From an uncultured Rickettsiales bacterium (lineage in GTDB: Bacteria; Pseudomonadota; Alphaproteobacteria; Rs-D84): a stretch of 64,000 bases of DNA. Positions within the stretch are counted from its first letter, which is position 1. Every line of letters starts with the position of its first letter. The position numbers and the translations under genes were made by a program. The notes beneath the pieces were generated by a model. It saw only the letters and a list, made by a program, of their open reading frames with translations, ran no database searches and was not told the origin of the DNA. The stretch is taken from positions 4,570 to 68,569 of the forward strand of contig URSJ01000001.1 of NCBI GenBank assembly GCA_900550495.1. The letters are read 5' to 3'. Shown piece by piece: positions 10,611 through 20,975 of the stretch.

Positions 10611-11111
10611 ATGAAAATGAGCAATAATGGTATAAATATGTTAAAACGCGTTGAAGGCAGTGTTAAACGTGGCAACAATCATATTATTTATGATGACAAG
10701 ACTGGCCGTCCTGTAAATACAAAAGGCACATTGCCCATCGGCGCGACGATTGGTTATGGGCATCTGATAAAATCAGGCGAAGATTTTAGAAATGGTATCA
10801 CAGAAAGCGTCGCCACCGAATTATTGCGTTCTGATATTGCAGTAGCAGAACGCGCCGTGCAAGATAATATAAAAGTATCGCTGTCACAGAATCAGTTTGA
10901 TGCGCTGGTGTGTTTAGCGTATAACATTGGCACAAAAAATTTTGCGAATTCAACAGTTGTAAAATACATCAACGACCCAAAATTTCGCAGTCCAACATAC
11001 CCTGATTTAGAATCCGCATGGAAGGCGTGGAATCGTCTGCGGGGAAAAATTTCAAATGGTTTAATTAAACGCAGACAATACGAGTGGGATATGTATAGTC
11101 GAGCCATATAG
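10611..11111 (+). CDS. phage-type GH24 lysozyme (T4-lysozyme-like endolysin)
   Basis: The motif ...EG..L..Y.D..G.PTIGYGHL... is seen as VEGSVKRGNNHIIYDDKTGRP...GATIGYGHLI. There is an aaaggg RBS before the ATG at 10611. Confidence 0.6.
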   Translation: MKMSNNGINMLKRVEGSVKRGNNHIIYDDKTGRPVNTKGTLPIGATIGYGHLIKSGEDFRNGITESVATELLRSDIAVAERAVQDNIKVSLSQNQFDALVCLAYNIGTKNFANSTVVKYINDPKFRSPTYPDLESAWKAWNRLRGKISNGLIKRRQYEWDMYSRAI

Positions 11112-11381
11112 TTATTTTTAGAAAAAACGAATCGGTCAGGTGAAAAAAGTATGACAAAAATCCTAGTTTTTGTTTGATGTATGTCCTATGAAAAAATTTT
11201 TTTCTAAGAAAATATTCGCTTTTTATGTCCTAAAAAATCAATTTTTCCTGGATTTCAGCGGGTTCTGCTGGGTGCCCCAAATTATACACGGTTGCATATA
11301 AAAAGGGGATAAGCGGAAATATCCCCATATGAATTATATTGTTATTACAGACAAAACAACGAAACAAAGGTGAAAAAAATA

Positions 11382-11618
11382 ATGACTCATAGCGATGTTT
11401 GGTATGCCATCGATTGCTTTGCCAGCGCACACAAAATGTCGTGTTCTGGCCTGGCGCGACGCAGCGGCTTGGATCCAACGATATTTAACAAAAGCAAACG
11501 GTGGTCCAAATATGGTCAGCCACGGTGGCCGTCCACAGGCAGTATTGCAAAAATTCTGGCGGCGACAGGTGAAACAGTTAGTGATTTCACCAAATATTTT
11601 AAGCAAAAAGAAATTTAA
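11382..11618 (+). CDS. HTH protein homologous to N-terminal DNA-binding domain of alphaproteobacterial S24/CI-type repressors (peptidase domain absent), copy 1
   Basis: Contains MSCSGLARRSGLDPTIFNKSKRWSKYGQPRWPSTGSIAKIL. It is a paralog of the ORF at 48087-48332. The RBS is aaggtga, and a terminator hairpin lies at 11632-11670. Confidence 0.5.
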   Translation: MTHSDVWYAIDCFASAHKMSCSGLARRSGLDPTIFNKSKRWSKYGQPRWPSTGSIAKILAATGETVSDFTKYFKQKEI

Positions 11619-11784
11619 TGTAGCATGATACCGTGGTCAAAGTATCACGGTATTATTTTTTATCAAAAATCGAAAAATCTATCTTTTATGCTGTTTTTCA
11701 AGTTTTAAATCATGTATAATAAGAATAAACAATTATATTCACGTATTTTTGTTGCGGGTTGATTTTTAATCAAAGAGCATAGAT

Positions 11785-12687
11785 ATGGCTACGATAAAAA
11801 CCAGAGTGACCTTGTTAAAAGAACTGTTGGCCTTAAAGGAAGTAATTGACACGGGGCAGATTCAGGTTGCTGCAAATAAAAACGGCATAAAACATTCCAA
11901 TATGTCCAAATTAATTTCTGATTTAGAAATGCGTTTGAACGCGACGCTGTTACAGCGCACCCCAACGGGCAGTTTGCCAACAAATGCGACACCAGAAATT
12001 TATTCTAATATTGAAACGATATGTAATGCGTTGGACAGTATAATTGATAATGCGGCGCCAGAAGACGATTTGACAGGTTACATTTCAGTGCTGGTGGCCG
12101 AAGGGCTGGTAGGCAGTTATATTTTACACGACCTGTCGCGGTTCTATGCGATGTATCCGAAAATCCGCCTGGATTTATTGACCAATCGCCAGCAAAACCT
12201 GTCAAGTGTTGAAGTTGCGATTGTTGACACTAAATCGAATTATCAAATACCAGGGCGGACATTATTTCGTCTGCGTGCCAAAGCGCATTTTTTCACAAGC
12301 CAAGAATATTTGGACACGCACGGCATGCCCCAGAATATGGACGATATGCTGGAAAACTTTGACTTGTGTATGTATCAGTCGTATCTGAATTTACCCGAGT
12401 GTTCTTTTATTGCAAAGCGGTCGCGAAAATTAAACACGACGACGGATTCTGTTGGATTGGTATTCCGGTTGATACGTGACGGTGAAGGCATTGGATTATT
12501 ACCAGCGTGGTCAGCGCAACAGCCACCAAAACTGGTGCGGGTGCCGAACATAGATTTTGAATATGAACACCGTATGGTTGCGGCGTGTAGTCCGAAACTG
12601 ATTAATTCACCAAAGGTCAGGGCGTTTATCCGATTCCTGGACGATTTCTGTCGGCGACATGATATCCCAATTGAACGAGTATGCTAA
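11785..12687 (+). CDS. LysR-family transcriptional regulator
   Basis: An N-terminal HTH is followed by a substrate-binding-domain-sized C-terminus, 300 aa in total. Confidence 0.6.
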   Translation: MATIKTRVTLLKELLALKEVIDTGQIQVAANKNGIKHSNMSKLISDLEMRLNATLLQRTPTGSLPTNATPEIYSNIETICNALDSIIDNAAPEDDLTGYISVLVAEGLVGSYILHDLSRFYAMYPKIRLDLLTNRQQNLSSVEVAIVDTKSNYQIPGRTLFRLRAKAHFFTSQEYLDTHGMPQNMDDMLENFDLCMYQSYLNLPECSFIAKRSRKLNTTTDSVGLVFRLIRDGEGIGLLPAWSAQQPPKLVRVPNIDFEYEHRMVAACSPKLINSPKVRAFIRFLDDFCRRHDIPIERVC

Positions 12688-12695
12688 GGGGCCAT

Positions 12696-13178
12696 ATGAA
12701 CATAAAGTCTGAATATTTGTCACCCGTTGGCGTGTTGACGATTGTGGTGTCGGATGGTGCGCTGGTGGGATTGTGGCTGCGTGGCCAAAAATATCACGGC
12801 CCCACGGCGGCAATTCCCGCTGGGGATAATGACGTTATGCGTCGCGTGACGCGTTGGTTGGATGAATATTTCGCAGGCGGTCGCCCCAAAATTGATTTTA
12901 AATTGGCCGCCACCGGCACCGCATTCCAGCAACGGGTGTGGCACGCATTGGGCCAGATTCCATATGGTAAAACCGTAACATATGGCGATGTTGCACGCCG
13001 CGTTGGGTGTGGCACGCCACGTGCGGTGGGCACTGCAATTGGCCATAACCCAATTTCAATAATTGTCCCGTGTCATCGTGTGGTGGGCGCAAATGGTAAC
13101 CTTGCCGGTTATGCGGGTGGATTGCGTGCCAAAGAAATATTATTGGGGATAGAGCAGGGGATTATTCCCGCCAAATAA
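12696..13178 (+). CDS. ogt: methylated-DNA--protein-cysteine methyltransferase
   Basis: Active site IIVPCHRVVGANGNLAGYAGG (PCHRV motif). Confidence 0.75.
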   Translation: MNIKSEYLSPVGVLTIVVSDGALVGLWLRGQKYHGPTAAIPAGDNDVMRRVTRWLDEYFAGGRPKIDFKLAATGTAFQQRVWHALGQIPYGKTVTYGDVARRVGCGTPRAVGTAIGHNPISIIVPCHRVVGANGNLAGYAGGLRAKEILLGIEQGIIPAK

Positions 13179-13863
13179 CAGACGTGAACATTTCATCAAT
13201 CGCATGGCGCAAATTCGCATCGGTAAAGAATTGGTTGCGGGCGTCCGGTGTGGTGCCGTGTTCGTTATCTTCGAAATGTGGAATATACTTTTGTATTGCA
13301 ATGTGTGTAACGCCACGGTCGTGCAGGTCGCGCGTAATTTCCATTAAATCCAGTTTTGTGACAAATCGCGGGTCGCATGTAATGCGCACCTCGTAATCCT
13401 TGCCGGTTGCCTGCCATACGTCTAGACTGTGAATCATATGGTCGTGAGCAATGTTTTGACCGACCAGGCTGCCATACTTGTTGCGCGTTGTTTTATAGTC
13501 CAGACCAATCCAATCAACAACATCTGCGGCACGTTTCAGATTTTCAGGATAAAAACCATTGGTATGTAATCCGATTTTAAAACCTAAATCGCGTACACGA
13601 CGCATATAGTCAATGGCGACATCACCTTGCATCAAGGCCTCGCCACCGGAAAAAACGACCGCTTCTAACTTGCCGACGCGGTCGTGCAACCAATCCAAAA
13701 CCTTGGCCGGGTCGTATTCGCCGTCGCCGACATTTAACAGATGTGGGTTGGAACAATACGCACACCGCAACGGACAGCCACGCAAAAACAGCACAGCCGC
13801 CAATTTGCCCGGATAGTCAATCGTTGTGAATGAAACCAACCCACCAATCTGAATTTCACGCAT
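13162..13863 (-). CDS. nrdG: anaerobic ribonucleoside-triphosphate reductase activating protein (radical SAM)
   Basis: CPLRCAYCSNP matches CxxxCxxC. It sits immediately downstream of nrdD. Confidence 0.8.
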   Translation of the reverse strand: MREIQIGGLVSFTTIDYPGKLAAVLFLRGCPLRCAYCSNPHLLNVGDGEYDPAKVLDWLHDRVGKLEAVVFSGGEALMQGDVAIDYMRRVRDLGFKIGLHTNGFYPENLKRAADVVDWIGLDYKTTRNKYGSLVGQNIAHDHMIHSLDVWQATGKDYEVRITCDPRFVTKLDLMEITRDLHDRGVTHIAIQKYIPHFEDNEHGTTPDARNQFFTDANLRHAIDEMFTSVIWRE

Positions 13864-14099
13864 TTTGTTATGCCGCTTTTTTTAACAGTTCGCTGTGACG
13901 TGCACCAGTTGTCAGGCTGTTTGCCTCTGTAAATGTTTTTCTTTCACAGAATTCAGAATACTTGCCAACATTAAAGTTCGAAACTGGTCTGATGAATCCC
14001 ATAGAACGCGAAAAAACTTCACATTGTGTTCTCTGAGTGTTTGCTGCCTGCATAGTTTTCCTCCCTTATTTTTGTGCAATGCGTGGTTAGCGTTGTTGT

Positions 14100-16133
14100 T
14101 TATTGTTCACTGTTCTGATTTGCGGCGATTTCCGCGTCGCATTTCGGACAGAATTCATGGCGTCCCGGCAGATATCCGTGTTTCGGACATATTGAAAATG
14201 TCGGGGTCAGCGTCATATACGGAATCTTGTAGTTTTCAAAGATTGTCCGCACGATTTTCTGGGCGGCCTCGCCACTGGATACTGGTTCGCCCATATACAG
14301 GTGCAACATTGTTCCACCGGTATATTTACGCTGTAATTCTTCCTGGTGTTCCAGTGCGACGAACGGGTCATCGGTAAAGTTCACTGGCAACTGGGTTGAA
14401 TTGGTATAATATGGTGCATCATGCGTGCCCGCCGTGATAATGTCTGGGTAATTTTTTACATCGGTTTTGGCAAATCGATATGAACAACCCTCGGCAGGTG
14501 TCGCTTCTAGATTATACAGGTTTCCGGTTTGTTCCTGGAAATTCGCCAAGTTTTCACGGATAAAGTCCATTACGTCCAGAACCAATTTCTTGCCCATTGG
14601 TGTGGCAATATTTTCACGGTCGCCGGTAAAGTTGCGAACCATTTCATTTGCACCATTGACACCAATTGTCGAAAAGTGGTGTGACCAATCGCCCAAGTAG
14701 CGACGGGTAAACGGATACAACCCACGTTCCATATTCTTGGTAATAATCTTGCGCTTGATTTCCAGGGAATCACGTCCCAAATCCAACAGACGCTTTAATT
14801 CTGCAAACAGCCCGTCACGGTCACCACGGTGAACATAGCCCAGTCGCGCCAGGTTGATTGTCACAACACCAATAGAACCTGTCTTTTCTGCTGATCCAAA
14901 CAGGCCGCCACCGCGCTTTAACAATTCGCGCACATCTAAACGCAGACGGCAACACATAGAACGGACGTCGGTCGGATTCAAATCAGAATTCAAAAAATTC
15001 TGGAAATTTGGAATGCCGTATTTTGCCGCTAAATCAAATAATGGTTTTACATTTGGGTGATTCCATGGGAAATCATCTGTGATATTATATGTCGGAATTG
15101 GGAATGTGAATGGACGGCCCAACGCGTCACCTTCGGTCATAACCTCTAAGAATGCCTTGTTGATGATATCCATTTCCGCCTGCAGATCGCCATAGGTAAA
15201 ATCAACCTGTTTTTTGCCGATAAACGGACGCTGGTTACGCAAATCCTTTGGGCAGGTCCAGTCAAATGTAAAATTGATAAACGGCGTCTGGGTGCCCCAG
15301 CGGCACGGCACAGCACAGTTAAAAATCAATGTCTGCATTGCATTTTTCACGTCGGCATACGACAGGTTGTCAATCCGGACATATGGTGCTAAATATGTAT
15401 CCACAGACGAAAATGCCTGAGCACCAGCAAATTCGTTCTGTAACGTGCCTAAAAAGTTTACCATATGTGAAATTGCGGTTGCCATATGACGGGCAGGTTC
15501 ACATTGCAGGTAACCCGGAACGCCGTTAAATCCCTCGTATAACAACTCGCGCAATGACCAGCCTGCACAATACCCTGTCAGCCACCCCAGGTCATGAATA
15601 TGGATTGCGGCGGTCTTATGCGCCTCGGCAATTTCGCGTGGATACAGATTCAACCAGTATTCTGCCGTAACGCGTTCACTGGTGCGCAGAATCAATCCGC
15701 CAATTGAATAGCCAACGTTTGCATTTTCTTTGATTCGCCAATTGGAACCACCGACATAGCCTTCTATAACCTCGACAGCGTCAACGTATGAATCGCGGAT
15801 TTCACTGCGCTTCTGGCGATAAATAATATACGCCTCGGCTGTTTTATAGGCACGGGCGTTCATCAATGTCTGAATAACGATTTCCTGGATTTCTTCAACC
15901 TTGGGTGTTTTAGATGCAAATTTCTCACCTAATGTATCCAGGGCTGTCTGGGCAATACGGATAATTTCATCGTCTAATACCTCGCGCGTGACAGCAACCG
16001 CCTTTTTAATCGCATCATATATCTTCTTGGCATCAAACGGAACAGTTTCGCCACTGCGTTTCTGGACCGCAGCCAGGCTGGATGTAAGTGTTGGAATAAT
16101 CTCTATTTTTATTTCGTTCTGTGTCCCAGACAT
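14100..16133 (-). CDS. nrdD: anaerobic ribonucleoside-triphosphate reductase (class III)
   Basis: The C-terminal Zn-ribbon CPKHGYLPGRHEFCPKCDAE lies around the glycyl-radical region, and the ORF is large. The start is taken at ATG 16133 (MSGTQNEIK), which has an aggggc RBS. The upstream part of the longer ORF is the AT-rich leader. Confidence 0.8.
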   Translation of the reverse strand: MSGTQNEIKIEIIPTLTSSLAAVQKRSGETVPFDAKKIYDAIKKAVAVTREVLDDEIIRIAQTALDTLGEKFASKTPKVEEIQEIVIQTLMNARAYKTAEAYIIYRQKRSEIRDSYVDAVEVIEGYVGGSNWRIKENANVGYSIGGLILRTSERVTAEYWLNLYPREIAEAHKTAAIHIHDLGWLTGYCAGWSLRELLYEGFNGVPGYLQCEPARHMATAISHMVNFLGTLQNEFAGAQAFSSVDTYLAPYVRIDNLSYADVKNAMQTLIFNCAVPCRWGTQTPFINFTFDWTCPKDLRNQRPFIGKKQVDFTYGDLQAEMDIINKAFLEVMTEGDALGRPFTFPIPTYNITDDFPWNHPNVKPLFDLAAKYGIPNFQNFLNSDLNPTDVRSMCCRLRLDVRELLKRGGGLFGSAEKTGSIGVVTINLARLGYVHRGDRDGLFAELKRLLDLGRDSLEIKRKIITKNMERGLYPFTRRYLGDWSHHFSTIGVNGANEMVRNFTGDRENIATPMGKKLVLDVMDFIRENLANFQEQTGNLYNLEATPAEGCSYRFAKTDVKNYPDIITAGTHDAPYYTNSTQLPVNFTDDPFVALEHQEELQRKYTGGTMLHLYMGEPVSSGEAAQKIVRTIFENYKIPYMTLTPTFSICPKHGYLPGRHEFCPKCDAEIAANQNSEQ

Positions 16134-16157
16134 AGTTTTGCCCCTATTATTAAAAAA

Positions 16158-16172
16158 ACACAATATATAGTG
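16158..16172 (-). promoter_or_regulatory. NrdR-box-like operator upstream of nrdD
   Basis: ACACAATATATAGTG matches the NrdR box consensus acaCwAtATaTwGtgt. It lies 25 bp upstream of the nrdD ATG. A weaker second copy, AACAATATATAGATT, lies at 16192-16206. Confidence 0.4.
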
Positions 16173-16582
16173 GTTGTTTTTCTTGTTTGATAACAATATA
16201 TAGATTCTTAGGTTTTCTATCAATACAGAAAAAGTAGTTTTTTTTTTATTTTTTGCTTTACTTTTAAAAAAGTAACTTTTCTGGGCACTGCGTCGTTTTT
16301 GTCTGGGACGAATCGTCATACTAAACGCGTTTTTGTATCGTAAAAATCCAGATTATGTATAAATGACTGATTCGTTTTTTATCAAAAATACAAAATATAG
16401 ATATGTTTTTGTTAAAAAGCATCTATATCTTGACAAAAACAAAGTTTTTTTAGACAGAAACACATTTTGTTGCGTTTTATTAAAATAGGTTGTGTTTCCT
16501 GGAATAAAAACAGTATACTGGTCTCAGGCCTGGGTAATGGTTGTCCAGGCTTTTAACAAAAAACATAAAGAGCATAATTATC

Positions 16583-18166
16583 ATGATGAAAAACGTTTAT
16601 GAAATGCTGCGTGATGTATGTTCTCAGAACAAAGACAGTATTTTCTTTGTCAGACAAAACGAAACATACGCAGATTTGTTAAAAAAGGTAAAGCAACGCG
16701 CAGTGCTGCTGGCCAAACACTTTGGCATTAAAAAGGGCGATACGGTTGCGATTTTGTCGGGCAATACACCTGAATTTATCAAATCGTATTTTGCGATTCT
16801 GTCCCAGGGCGCACGTGCATTGATGTTAGACACAGGGCTGTCTGCATCAGAACACTTGAATATGATGCAGCGCACAAACTGTAAATTGGCGTTGGCACAA
16901 AAATCACACTTTGTTGATGGCGGACCAGAAATGTTTGATATCGAATCAATTGATGATACCGATGAAAACGAATTCGTCGCCGCTGATGTTGATCGTAATG
17001 ATATTGCAATGTTGTCATTTACGTCGGGTTCAACTGGCAACCCAAAAGTTGTTGGACTGACACATGATAACTTGTTGTCATTAGCGGATGGTGCACTGTT
17101 TTACACGCCTGTGATTCATCCAGGATATACGTTTTATGGGTTCTTGCCGCTGTATCATATATATGGTGTGGTTATAAACATTATCGCGCCGATTATATTG
17201 CGGGGCAAATTATTGTTGCAACCGGTGTTAAATCCGCGCGAATTTTTGAAAGATTTTAAACAATATCGTCCAGAGGTTATTCCAGCAGTCCCCCGTGTCT
17301 GGGAAGGGTTCTATAAAAAGATTGTTGATGCCGCCCGTGAAAAGCATATGTATCTGGTAATGCGTATGGTTATGTCATCGCGTCGTGTATTACGTGCAAT
17401 CGGATTAGGATTCTTGGTGAACAAGGTGACAAAACCGATACACGAAATTTTCGGCGGTAACACCAAGGTGTTGGTATCGGCTGGCGCAACATTAAAACCG
17501 ACAATACGTAAATTCTTTGAAGATTTAGATTTTGTTGTTGGCGATTGTTATGGACTGACCGAAACGACGGGGCCCGCAAACTTTAACTTTGCGTTTCGTC
17601 GCGCCGACGGTTCAATGTATTACGCTGGCCCGCTGCCAGGTAATGAAATCCAGATTCACAACCCAGACCGCGAAGGCGTCGGGGAAATTTGGATGCGTGG
17701 TAATATGGTTATGCCAGGATACTTGGATAATGACGAGGCAAATGCTGCCGCATTTGAAAATGGTTGGTTTAAAACAGGCGACTTGGGGAAATTAGATAAA
17801 TATGGTCGTCTGGTTGTCAAGGGACGCCAGAAACAGGTCATCGTTTTGGACAGTGGTAAAAATGTCTATCCTGATGAACTGGAAGATTTATATCTGCAAA
17901 ACGATGAAATTTTGGCGGCGGCGGTATTCGAATACGTTCTGAACGGGAAAATTGTTCCGTTCGCCGTATTCCAGGTAAAGCCTGGGACATCTGTTGCGCG
18001 TACCGCGATGTTATTAAAGGCGTCAAACCTGAAAATTGCACCGTATAAGTGGGTTAAACACTTTGCAATTACCGAAGAAGAATTACCCCAAACGTCTGCG
18101 AAAAAGATAAAACATTTTGCCGTGCGTGAGATGTTGGATAATGGTGCGTTTATCCGCGCAGAATAA
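16583..18166 (+). CDS. AMP-dependent synthetase/ligase (acyl-CoA synthetase family)
   Basis: AMP-binding signature SFTSGSTGNPKVV. Length about 528 aa. The ORF table start at 16541 is TTG; the first ATG is at 16583. Confidence 0.65.
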   Translation: MMKNVYEMLRDVCSQNKDSIFFVRQNETYADLLKKVKQRAVLLAKHFGIKKGDTVAILSGNTPEFIKSYFAILSQGARALMLDTGLSASEHLNMMQRTNCKLALAQKSHFVDGGPEMFDIESIDDTDENEFVAADVDRNDIAMLSFTSGSTGNPKVVGLTHDNLLSLADGALFYTPVIHPGYTFYGFLPLYHIYGVVINIIAPIILRGKLLLQPVLNPREFLKDFKQYRPEVIPAVPRVWEGFYKKIVDAAREKHMYLVMRMVMSSRRVLRAIGLGFLVNKVTKPIHEIFGGNTKVLVSAGATLKPTIRKFFEDLDFVVGDCYGLTETTGPANFNFAFRRADGSMYYAGPLPGNEIQIHNPDREGVGEIWMRGNMVMPGYLDNDEANAAAFENGWFKTGDLGKLDKYGRLVVKGRQKQVIVLDSGKNVYPDELEDLYLQNDEILAAAVFEYVLNGKIVPFAVFQVKPGTSVARTAMLLKASNLKIAPYKWVKHFAITEEELPQTSAKKIKHFAVREMLDNGAFIRAE

Positions 18167-18177
18167 AGTGGCGCATA

Positions 18178-18205
18178 ATGCCGCCCATTTGGGCGGCGTT
18201 TTATT
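18178..18205 (+). terminator. rho-independent terminator
   Basis: Hairpin gccgcccatttgggcggc followed by gtttta. Confidence 0.45.
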
Positions 18206-18263
18206 ATACAAAACTTGACAAAATTTGATTTTGCGCTATATATTACATATGTAACAAAAGGGG

Positions 18264-19145
18264 TTGCAAATGCATAATTTGGGTGACAAGACCATCAAGA
18301 TGATACTGGAATACAACACCATGCGTCCGTATTTTGGCACGTTGACGGCGGATAATTTGGCCACGGCATATGCCAGGTTAAAGACCAGCGAAAAAAGGGA
18401 CGCCCCACTGAAAAAGGCAGATGTTCCGGTTGGATTGATTGATGGTAATGTGATTTGTAATGCGTTGTGGTATGAAATGTCGTATAACCCTGTGCGATTT
18501 GGAACCGTGTCGCCATTTATGTATAACGGCAAAAATAACATATTTCATTTTTGCAACCATGGTGCGCCAACATGGTCGCCGGTTGCAGGGCGCGAGGTAT
18601 TGGAACGTGTTCGTTACGAATTGGTAAGGTATATGCAATTGAATGCCATGCCTAATGGTCAGTGGTGTGATGTGGTCCAGGCTGATAAGCGCGGAAACGT
18701 CGCAATTGCGATGGAAAACGGGCACTCGGATAATATGTATAAAATCCTGGCGCACTTGCGTAACAGTATTAAGTTTGTAACGCGTCAAAACATGACGGAC
18801 TTTTCAAAGTATTACGGTTCACATCGGCCAGCAATTATGGCTGTTATCGCTGTGCGCCATCCGCATGGATTGCGTTCTGATGCGACGGAACCGTTAGATG
18901 CCGCCGTGCCATACAATGGGGATTTATTTTCAAAATCGCCGGTTGCGCCTGTGAAAAAAACGTCACATGCCCCAGAACAGTCGAATGACATTTCGGATTT
19001 GATTGCCCAAGAACGCATAGATGACCAGTTGGACAGTCTGCAAATAACAATTGATAATCGTGATAATGTCAGTACGGATTTATATAACCAGGCAGTGCAA
19101 GACTTGATAGATATTTTAGGGCAAAATAATATACGCCAGAAATAA
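18264..19145 (+). CDS. hypothetical protein
   Basis: A 293 aa ORF bounded by a bidirectional terminator at 19150-19180. Confidence 0.4.
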   Translation: MQMHNLGDKTIKMILEYNTMRPYFGTLTADNLATAYARLKTSEKRDAPLKKADVPVGLIDGNVICNALWYEMSYNPVRFGTVSPFMYNGKNNIFHFCNHGAPTWSPVAGREVLERVRYELVRYMQLNAMPNGQWCDVVQADKRGNVAIAMENGHSDNMYKILAHLRNSIKFVTRQNMTDFSKYYGSHRPAIMAVIAVRHPHGLRSDATEPLDAAVPYNGDLFSKSPVAPVKKTSHAPEQSNDISDLIAQERIDDQLDSLQITIDNRDNVSTDLYNQAVQDLIDILGQNNIRQK

Positions 19146-19176
19146 AAATATGGACGCCAGTTGCAGGCGTCCTTTT

Positions 19177-20406
19177 TTATTTGCATACAGCGATGTATGG
19201 TGGTGCGGATTTTTCGGTATCAATTACCCCGTCGCCACAATCGCGACAGTTAAAACGTCGATTCCCACCCGTCTGGATTACATATTCTGCGACCGCGTCA
19301 ACGTTTGCCGCATATGAATAATTTGGAAAACCGAAATAGAACGCGCGACTGGGGCCTGTGCACTCACGCGGGTCGCCCGCATAGCACGCCGTATCGTTTA
19401 ATTTGGTCGTGTCAGGGACACAATATGATGTGCATGAATCTTCGTCAATAATCATTTTCTCGCAATCTGTACACGATGTTCGCGTTGTGCGCAGGGTGGC
19501 ACCAATCGTGCCTTGGACATCATGACTGACGAATTTATCGCACTTTGATTTCGTAGTGGTGTTATTCGGATCTTCAACACATTCCCATTCCAGTGTATTG
19601 TAATTCAGGCGTGCAACCATTTTATCTGGGCATGTCTTGGCAGTAAAAGGGTCAATACATTCCCATACATTGTCTACGATAACGGCGGTCTGCTGCGATG
19701 CACACAGTGGCTTGCGTGATTCATCTGGGACGCATTCATATAAAACCGAATCCCAAATCATATCACCCGCACAGTTTGATTTTGTATTATATCCGATACA
19801 TTGCCAGCGACCAAAACGATACGTCTTGACCGAGCCGGTCGGGCATAATATGTCGACTGTGTCCGCGGTTGTGATTGCATTTGTTGCGTCCGGCATTTCA
19901 TACTGGGTCATATATACCAATTGTCCATCGGATAATTTTAGTTCAGACAATATGGTTTTGGGGACAGCGCGCTTTGTCCCTGTGCCCCCAGACGTGATTT
20001 TTCCGTTTTGTAAAATTCCAAATGTTCCGGCGTCGGCATAATATTCTTCCAGAACGTTCATCATTTCGTTAAAATCAGATGACGGTAACGGTGCAGTTGT
20101 TGTAATCATGTAACTGTATGCGGGTTTTTTATTATGAATAATCTCGCATTTTGTTTCGCGTCCGTCATTGTTCAGGCAATACAGTTGACTGGTAATTTTA
20201 TTTTGACTGACGCATATGTCATTAAATTTTGTGCCCCGAATCTGTGCGTTATGTGCGGCGGCAGCGCATTGGGCAATTGTGTGCAAATCAGCACGCGCAA
20301 CCGCGTATTCGGTTTCTGTTTCAGGAATGCGCTGGCTGGGGCTGTCTATGATATAATAGCCCAGCATAAATATTGCCACCAGAATCATTATAAAAATATT
20401 CATCAT
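19177..20406 (-). CDS. hypothetical secreted Cys-rich protein
   Basis: N-terminal hydrophobic segment MMNIFIMILVAIFMLGYYII, then many Cys residues. Length 409 aa. Confidence 0.4.
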   Translation of the reverse strand: MMNIFIMILVAIFMLGYYIIDSPSQRIPETETEYAVARADLHTIAQCAAAAHNAQIRGTKFNDICVSQNKITSQLYCLNNDGRETKCEIIHNKKPAYSYMITTTAPLPSSDFNEMMNVLEEYYADAGTFGILQNGKITSGGTGTKRAVPKTILSELKLSDGQLVYMTQYEMPDATNAITTADTVDILCPTGSVKTYRFGRWQCIGYNTKSNCAGDMIWDSVLYECVPDESRKPLCASQQTAVIVDNVWECIDPFTAKTCPDKMVARLNYNTLEWECVEDPNNTTTKSKCDKFVSHDVQGTIGATLRTTRTSCTDCEKMIIDEDSCTSYCVPDTTKLNDTACYAGDPRECTGPSRAFYFGFPNYSYAANVDAVAEYVIQTGGNRRFNCRDCGDGVIDTEKSAPPYIAVCK

Positions 20407-20498
20407 TCCCTCTTGCGATTTATTAAAAGTCTAGGTAATATAAGGATAAAATGCAATAGGAAATCGCATCTGGTATTCAAAAAAAAGGCGCGAAAATT

Positions 20499-20975
20499 AT
20501 GAAAAAAATTCTGGCAGTTGCATGTGTGGTGTCATGTGTAGGGTGCGGATTTCGTCCAATGTTCTCGGGGGCGGACACTGATATTCACGTTGCACCCATC
20601 AGTGGGATAAACGGTATTGAATTACGCAATGCGTTGAATGCAAAATTTGGTGGCATGCATGATAGCAATGCAAAATATACATTGACAGTCGCATTGGGTG
20701 AACCATACACAAAATACAAGGCGTTAGAGCAAACAGGTGACGCCACCTGGCAAGAAATTATCGTCCGCGCAGATTACACGCTGACGCGTGGCGATGTTGA
20801 AATTGCGCATGGCACGGAAAGTGCGTCGGAATCATACACGTTTGTGCGCTATCTGGTTGCGGCAAACGCGTCATACAATAATGCGGTAAAGAACACAATT
20901 ACGGTATTGGCAGAAAAAATCGGAACACGTGCAATTGCCGAAACCGCCCGTGATGAAACGTCTGATGTAAAATAA
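20499..20975 (+). CDS. lptE: LPS-assembly lipoprotein LptE-like
   Basis: Lipobox VSCVGCG and a length of about 160 aa. It sits immediately upstream of holA, the conserved lptE-holA arrangement. Confidence 0.5.
   Translation: MKKILAVACVVSCVGCGFRPMFSGADTDIHVAPISGINGIELRNALNAKFGGMHDSNAKYTLTVALGEPYTKYKALEQTGDATWQEIIVRADYTLTRGDVEIAHGTESASESYTFVRYLVAANASYNNAVKNTITVLAEKIGTRAIAETARDETSDVK

Noticed and set aside
13868-14053. A 61 aa ORF in the nrdD-nrdG intergenic region.
   Set aside because: No RBS and no recognisable motif. It is probably just spacer between the two genes.
16134-16319. N-terminal extension of nrdD to 739 aa, and similarly dnaB extended to 643 aa (59958-60329).
   Set aside because: The extensions are AT-rich or overlap the opposite-strand terminase fragment and lack RBSs. 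Internal ATGs with an RBS give canonical N-termini (MSGTQNEIK for nrdD, MDFTPKTLPTNLEAEQ for dnaB).
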